Of a stretch of DNA of 64,000 nucleotides, positions 60,101-64,000 are shown one piece after another. A program made the translations under genes and the position numbers. This DNA is from a virus. Position 1 is the first letter of the stretch. Every line of letters begins with the position of its first letter. The stretch is taken from the IMG/VR virus record IMGVR_UViG_3300018875_000003, positions 1-64,000 of that record; one strand, given 5' to 3'. The notes under the pieces were generated by a model, which ran no database searches, had not been told where the DNA came from, and saw only the letters and a program-made list of their open reading frames with translations.

Positions 60101-60667
60101 GAACGTATCTATAGCGAAGATTGCGATGCGATCACATTCAAGCACCAGGCTGCACTCGCTGCACTGGAATTGTCTTACTCTGCTACAGATATCGGCTATG
60201 TATCCTATATGGTGACATATACGGAGCGTGGTAAAGATGGCAACCGCTCGATCAGCTTCCCTTGGGTTGTGGCTAAGAAACAATTCCTGGAGCTGTGCGC
60301 GAAGATTGCTAATCGCGAGATCGTGAAGAATCCTTATCTGGTTCCCGCTTCTGAAATCAAAGCAAACTTCCGTATTGCAGAAGATCCACGCAGCACAGAA
60401 GGCAAACACTATGATGGTATGAAGATGGCTGAGGTTATCAAGCAAGCTGGTTCAATCGAGGTTATGTATACGCTGAACGAGGTAACTGGTGTGTATGGTT
60501 ACGTGGCATTCGTGCCTGTAGGCAGCAGACTGGTATATGTCGGAGATTTCTATCAGGATCAGGTTGCATTCATGACCGGAGCTACCCACTTCGAACTGAA
60601 TGTATCCAATGCAGAAGCAAAAGGACAAGCCATGACCCTGACAGTCTCCAGCGTAGGTCGTAAATAA
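57107..60667 (+). CDS. YonO-like / RNAi-RdRP-related single-subunit two-barrel RNA polymerase
   Basis: VGDG, AWQVRITPFVKG, FRNPAI, catalytic GGADNDGD (59129-59143), IGQQTN and EIDRAKHG appear in the order seen in QDE-1-type RdRPs and SPbeta YonO. Start set to ATG 57107 (AAAGGGG RBS). Confidence 0.85.
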   Translation: MTTTNNNKQAQINKQLAQVNRLFNQAVKGNKVKAEMSELKSASVILDAIATFPGLGVKTKNYEAITAAMAEGHSLRSIMLNPELTGVAKNQYRYFRAFMDAKGDDIPEMVMAPTRKRVRTVSVDLLKHSRNEAGEVVLNAEVNFQSQSQLADAFGSLAADDKSDLYLDMAHVVYIDLNIADQENQELKDLQVEVVRNGFYYSVDGVTHKANFFIQTASQARQLQGIYIAEDFMTIPQAFKKLGHDFLAYCKLSKDGIYTLDITKYLKRPGLSGTSSVSSKAITFPNARISKLANMTTGEYLVESDRHTMAVIEDRFAKITNGTFKAFYNNRVVTVSAVDGVFTAQWKDGRLTKQEVLPMNYLKLGVGDGLVLASESIYWALKAEHGNDSDAWQVRITPFVKGLMVFVPGLRKYYDADIVAFKSAVKGDFRLIADEEGRLDFNIELRIARFAKRPGKKAEYVELPYQFAHVSSITAEQMINVAAPRLEEARNVLSNPALIQKYTGVAHLEDLSKLTTAEAEFMRDRSLVSVFANFMHYAPFTYEDAYMQTRALQLMGQQVDKWVAGTIPVEGEYRFMVQDPYALLQAVADEDGDMIVPASVGLRPHQTFMTARDNKHFVTGPVASFRNPAIAKGEGRVLKGAAPENYVTASAKGAFNSVCIMSCHDLDTFAEGGADNDGDETFVTQVPEIVNSIMGKDGESKFLAMLDLHVGKDGEWASGCPFPMESDEKLTFGAACVDHDGQFKVKFTADQYDDAFIQAVHELSKEYVIRTLNPNKIGQQTNIATRLADAVRKVGYMYAEGVDEFGQAVDRTEAEKQDLLHEIVRMEEMIDLVRLTQGWEIDRAKHGGAYEEALAAELNFINNPPKYAGFQENPKAKRVWIKQAWLSHHKGTEGGIDTGSVMSRVHNHMKAFVQENVIDKSEEIKNDVENNNIIHVLRSEYAIDANKYEALAAVIRSIRASYTADLMNARNKNAEFNKLAEIKYNGNDHAIRMAKAKIERIYSEDCDAITFKHQAALAALELSYSATDIGYVSYMVTYTERGKDGNRSISFPWVVAKKQFLELCAKIANREIVKNPYLVPASEIKANFRIAEDPRSTEGKHYDGMKMAEVIKQAGSIEVMYTLNEVTGVYGYVAFVPVGSRLVYVGDFYQDQVAFMTGATHFELNVSNAEAKGQAMTLTVSSVGRK

Positions 60668-60690
60668 CACGAAGCACTCATGAGATTTAC

Positions 60691-60723
60691 TGCAGTCGGT
60701 GTGTTCTCAGCACATCGACTGCA
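60691..60723 (+). terminator. Strong hairpin after the RNAP gene
   Basis: tgcagtcggtgtg-ttctcag-cacatcgactgca; weak T-tract. Confidence 0.45.
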
Positions 60724-60731
60724 CCCTTATT

Positions 60732-61066
60732 ATAGCACACCCTTCGGGTAGGTGCTAATGCTATCGACAGACGCCTGCATGCTGCCCTGTGACGCCCTGC
60801 TCCTCTCGCATGACGAATCCTTCGACCGACAAGAAGGAAGCGGCAGACGAGACGACAGGCGGCTTATAGGACGCGTTCTTATGCAGCGGCTTATATATAG
60901 GCAAACTTACGGCAACTCAGCTCGACGGCTGAATCATACGATTATTGCGACCGGTGTGTGAGGGAGCTGCTTCGCACCACGATCGTTGCTGTTATTCGTA
61001 AGCTGAAATATAGCCTGTTTTCCTATATAGTCGATGGCATCATCACCTACCCGAAGGGTGTGCTAT
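60732..61066. ncRNA. 335-nt structured element closed by a 37-bp inverted repeat
   Basis: 60732-60768 versus the reverse complement of 61030-61066 differ at 3 positions; internal hairpins; no credible ORF. Confidence 0.45.
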
Positions 61067-61115
61067 TCCTGGGCGTATGCGTATTTTGCGTATGTTGCTA
61101 TATGTGTGTGATCGA

Positions 61116-61170
61116 TATCATATATCGTATTTCATACGTTGTATGCTCATTTCATATTTCGTATATCATA
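61116..61170. repeat. Two triplets of the 7-bp repeat T(A/T)TC(A/G)TA
   Basis: tatcata-tatcgta-tttcata (61116-61136) and tttcata-tttcgta-tatcata (61150-61170). Confidence 0.55.
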
Positions 61171-61392
61171 TGCTATCGAAAGAGGTGAACCCACATCCGA
61201 AAATTTCTTGCTACTTGAGTATGATTTCATATAGCCTATATAGGTATCTTATGATGAAATAGGATGCTGTAGACGAAGGTCGCTAACGCTCCTGTGGCTT
61301 TGTGAATGTGTGTCTTATGAGTATGGCTATATGCTAATCGGACATACGCGAATGACGATAGATATACTATGACTATATAGGGAGATGTATAT

Positions 61393-61689
61393 ATGAGTTA
61401 TCCTGATTGGCAACCTAAGTTTGATTTCAATGACGATCTTGTTTGTATAGAGAGATACTTCGATAATGAGAATGTCGATGATCTGGCTCCATCTATAGAG
61501 ATGGTTGTTGGTAAAGGTATTACTCTAACGTTGATTCCTTCAGCTTTATTCCCTGCATATAGGGTGAACAATGCACAAGGTGAATGTATTGGTCATATTA
61601 GTCGTGAGACATCTCTTTATCTTGTTACTCTATATCCTCGTGCTATGAGTGATGGACAGATTAAGTATCTTCGTTCATTGCGTAAATAG
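61393..61689 (+). CDS. Hypothetical early protein
   Basis: GGGAG RBS preceded by CTATATAG. Confidence 0.55.
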   Translation: MSYPDWQPKFDFNDDLVCIERYFDNENVDDLAPSIEMVVGKGITLTLIPSALFPAYRVNNAQGECIGHISRETSLYLVTLYPRAMSDGQIKYLRSLRK

Positions 61690-61837
61690 CATATATGATG
61701 ATGGCTATATAGGTTGTTTATGCTATATAGACTTTATATCGTTAGATATATGATTAATAGGATGGCGCTTTGCCTTTTTTTCTTTTGCCAATCCTTTGGA
61801 TCGGCGCTAAAACACTATGCAATGGGGGTTCCATCAC

Positions 61838-62065
61838 ATGGAAGCATTCATCAGGTTCTACGCTAAAGTCAATCCAGGACACTGGGCTTTGGATATTCGT
61901 CATTCGAGTATAGTCGATTGGTCTATCACCGTTGGCTATAAGGCATCGCATCCGAAGTATGGCGAAAGCATTATTCATGTACAGGGTTGGGATGTCGATC
62001 TGGCCTTTGCGAAAGCACAGGTTCAGCTGAAAGAATGGTTGACCGAACATAACGGCGGCTATTGA
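61838..62065 (+). CDS. Hypothetical early protein
   Basis: GGGGG RBS, ATG 61838. Confidence 0.55.
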   Translation: MEAFIRFYAKVNPGHWALDIRHSSIVDWSITVGYKASHPKYGESIIHVQGWDVDLAFAKAQVQLKEWLTEHNGGY

Positions 62066-62090
62066 TTAACTATATAGGAGGATTCATCAT

Positions 62091-62375
62091 ATGAAGAAAA
62101 CGATCGCCATGCGCCAGTCATCCGTATATGGTGCTATATCCAAGATGATTAATGCCATGTCTGGAGATTCTATTCAGTTTCAAACGGCAGTGAAGATGTA
62201 TAAGCGATTTGCTACAGGCTTTGTTCTAAGAGAGAACGAGGTGGCTTTCTTTCTCCGCGAGCTGGTTGATGCTGGTCACTTGCACCTGGAGGTAAACGAT
62301 CAAGGCAAAGAGATGTTGTCGCTCACTCCAGCGGGAGACGAATACCATACCATAAGCTTTGGTGATGACGAATGA
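62091..62375 (+). CDS. Hypothetical early protein (possible winged helix)
   Basis: GGAGG RBS; LRELVDAGHL...LSLTPAG ending. Confidence 0.55.
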   Translation: MKKTIAMRQSSVYGAISKMINAMSGDSIQFQTAVKMYKRFATGFVLRENEVAFFLRELVDAGHLHLEVNDQGKEMLSLTPAGDEYHTISFGDDE

Positions 62376-62620
62376 ACGTTTACGATATTGGCATGCACTA
62401 TGATGATATACTGCTGCGTATGAAGGATGTGCGCAGCTATATTCCTGTGCTTATGTCTGGATATAAGGCTCCGTATGATATCGAGGACATTATCCGGGAG
62501 TATGCTGCTAATCCGATGTATGATATGTCTTTGGATGAGTTCCGCAGCCGGTTGAATCTATTATCGTCTATAGTGCGATTAGATTACGATAAGCTTGCGG
62601 CTTCATATGGGATGTCGTAA
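62372..62620 (+). CDS. Hypothetical early protein
   Basis: ATGA coupling to the upstream gene. Confidence 0.55.
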   Translation: MNVYDIGMHYDDILLRMKDVRSYIPVLMSGYKAPYDIEDIIREYAANPMYDMSLDEFRSRLNLLSSIVRLDYDKLAASYGMS

Positions 62621-62761
62621 TCGTAACGCGTTTCATTTTTTCTTTTGTCTATGTTGATCCAGCTGAATTGCCTCCTACTTTTTTCCGCACTGGTTGGCAG
62701 GCAGGATGGATGGCAGCAAAAGTGATTGATGTTGATTGATTCCAGAAAGGAGGTTCCCGCA

Positions 62762-62932
62762 ATGAGCACAAACTTTAAAGCTATATCGTTTGCTGAGTTT
62801 ATGACGGATGTAATGGGTATAAGCGATAAGCAATACTATGAGATGGATGCCGATCAGCAGCGTAAGATTTTTGACCAGTGGCATTCGCTCACTCAGCTAC
62901 AGTTTGATTTGTGGTCTTCTAAAGTTAATTGA
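62762..62932 (+). CDS. Hypothetical early protein
   Basis: AAAGGAGG RBS, ATG 62762. Confidence 0.55.
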   Translation: MSTNFKAISFAEFMTDVMGISDKQYYEMDADQQRKIFDQWHSLTQLQFDLWSSKVN

Positions 62933-62965
62933 TTGGCGTTACATTACGTATAGTGAGGTGGTATC

Positions 62966-63100
62966 ATGATTAAATCACTGGTTTCAATCATTCGAGGTGA
63001 CAATGAGGACATAAGCACTGTCCACCTGTTCGCTTGGCATATTATTGGCGCCATGCTTGCTTCTGCTGTTGCACTTGCTGTCGGTCATACGTTTATATAG
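62966..63100 (+). CDS. 44-aa single-TM protein (not in ORF track)
   Basis: GAGGTG RBS; MIKSLVSIIRGDNEDISTVHLFAWHIIGAMLASAVALAVGHTFI. Confidence 0.5.
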   Translation: MIKSLVSIIRGDNEDISTVHLFAWHIIGAMLASAVALAVGHTFI

Positions 63101-63178
63101 CCGCCTGATGAGTCCCTGGCGTGGGACGAAACCAGAATGTCGTGAGATATGCTGGTCGCGGATTGCCGCAGCTTATAC
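63095..63178 (+). ncRNA. Type I hammerhead ribozyme
   Basis: CCGC-CTGATGA-GTCCC(tggcgt)GGGAC-GAAA-CCAG...CTGG-TC-GCGG: complete catalytic core with stems I-III; predicted cleavage after GUC at 63157. Confidence 0.88.
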
Positions 63179-63192
63179 AAGGAGGAATGTTT

Positions 63193-63528
63193 ATGCCATT
63201 AAAGCTATATACAGCTCAGTATGCTTATCGTGGTCCGGATCGTGTGGATACCACAGTGAAAAGCAGTGATGGTATCTTTGCGCCGACCTGGGATATTGTC
63301 ATGGGTGTGAAGAAAGGTCGGATCACCGAGCAGCAGTATACGGATGAGTATTATCGTATGATGCGCGATTCATATACCCAGAACTATGACAAATGGATGG
63401 AGCTTCTATCCAGAGATGAGGCGACGATCGTATGCTTCTGTGCGTATGGCCAGTTCTGTCATCGTCATCTACTGAAAGACATGCTTGTTAAATGTGGCGC
63501 CACTTATATGGGCGAACGTGGAAGGTGA
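63193..63528 (+). CDS. DUF488-like protein
   Basis: FAPTWDIV...YTDEY...IVCFC....CHRHLL; GGAGG RBS before ATG 63193. Confidence 0.65.
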   Translation: MPLKLYTAQYAYRGPDRVDTTVKSSDGIFAPTWDIVMGVKKGRITEQQYTDEYYRMMRDSYTQNYDKWMELLSRDEATIVCFCAYGQFCHRHLLKDMLVKCGATYMGERGR

Positions 63529-63532
63529 TATC

Positions 63533-63724
63533 ATGGAAATTACACACGAATATGTATCTGGAGAGATCAATAAGCTACTGTCGAAGTATGACTTCCCTAT
63601 TTATGCGCTGCAGGATGTATCCAAGCGGCTGGGTGATTCTGATGACCCAAACTATGCAGCGCAGCAGCTTCGATATTTGCAGAACCTTGTTGGAGCTGGC
63701 TATGCTAAAATGAAGTCTAAATAA
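63533..63724 (+). CDS. Hypothetical early protein
   Basis: AAGGTG RBS, ATG 63533. Confidence 0.55.
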   Translation: MEITHEYVSGEINKLLSKYDFPIYALQDVSKRLGDSDDPNYAAQQLRYLQNLVGAGYAKMKSK

Positions 63725-63741
63725 TCTTATCGGAGGTATAT

Positions 63742-64000
63742 ATGACTAAACAATCTAAAGCATTGAATGCACTCTGCGTTTTGTATCCTCATGCGCGCCC
63801 TGCTGCAGGTGAAGGATACAATATGATCCGTGCTGAGCGTTATGACAACCCTGTTGACTTTCAGAATCTTGTTACCTGTCTTCTTGCTGCGTTCCCCTCT
63901 TCCCTATTCGATCATGCAGATTATGTGGAGGTTAGATTCTCCGCCGACACGATCACAGTGTACACTGGCCACTTCCTGGTTGAGTCTGACGTATATAACG
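63742..64000 (+). CDS. Hypothetical protein, truncated by the window edge
   Basis: GGAGG RBS; frame open to the end of the window. Confidence 0.55.
   Translation, partial: MTKQSKALNALCVLYPHARPAAGEGYNMIRAERYDNPVDFQNLVTCLLAAFPSSLFDHADYVEVRFSADTITVYTGHFLVESDVYN

Noticed and set aside
57026-60445. 1139-aa minus-strand ORF
   Set aside because: Antisense shadow of the YonO-like polymerase gene.
63121-63192. N-terminal extension of the DUF488-like ORF
   Set aside because: It lies within the hammerhead ribozyme; the RBS supports ATG 63193.

Overview
This window is part of a large myovirus-type (contractile tail) phage or phage-plasmid, probably of a Bacillota host (strong GGAGG ribosome-binding sites, sigmaA-like promoters, GH73 lysin domain). 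Bases 1 to about 55,790 are one minus-strand block. Read right to left it holds small accessory genes, a ParM-like actin with an RHH adaptor and 10-bp repeats (ParMRC-like partition locus), terminase small and large subunits, portal, protease/scaffold, major capsid, Ig-like structural proteins, sheath, tubes, tail chaperones and three giant proteins. From about 55,960 transcription switches to the plus strand (early-type region). The main result is two unrelated two-barrel RNA polymerases. One is a 2256-aa single-chain protein in the tail module that carries the beta and beta' motifs in order, fused behind an intact DEDDh exonuclease (candidate virion RNAP). The other is a YonO/RdRP-like polymerase in the early region, flanked by dense hairpin regions. 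The window also has a canonical hammerhead ribozyme, a candidate multi-anti-Shine-Dalgarno RNA with a segment complementary to the parM start region, a recurring palindromic operator, and a second stand-alone terminase-like ATPase. All protein calls come from motif recognition by eye; no database searches or folding programs were run.
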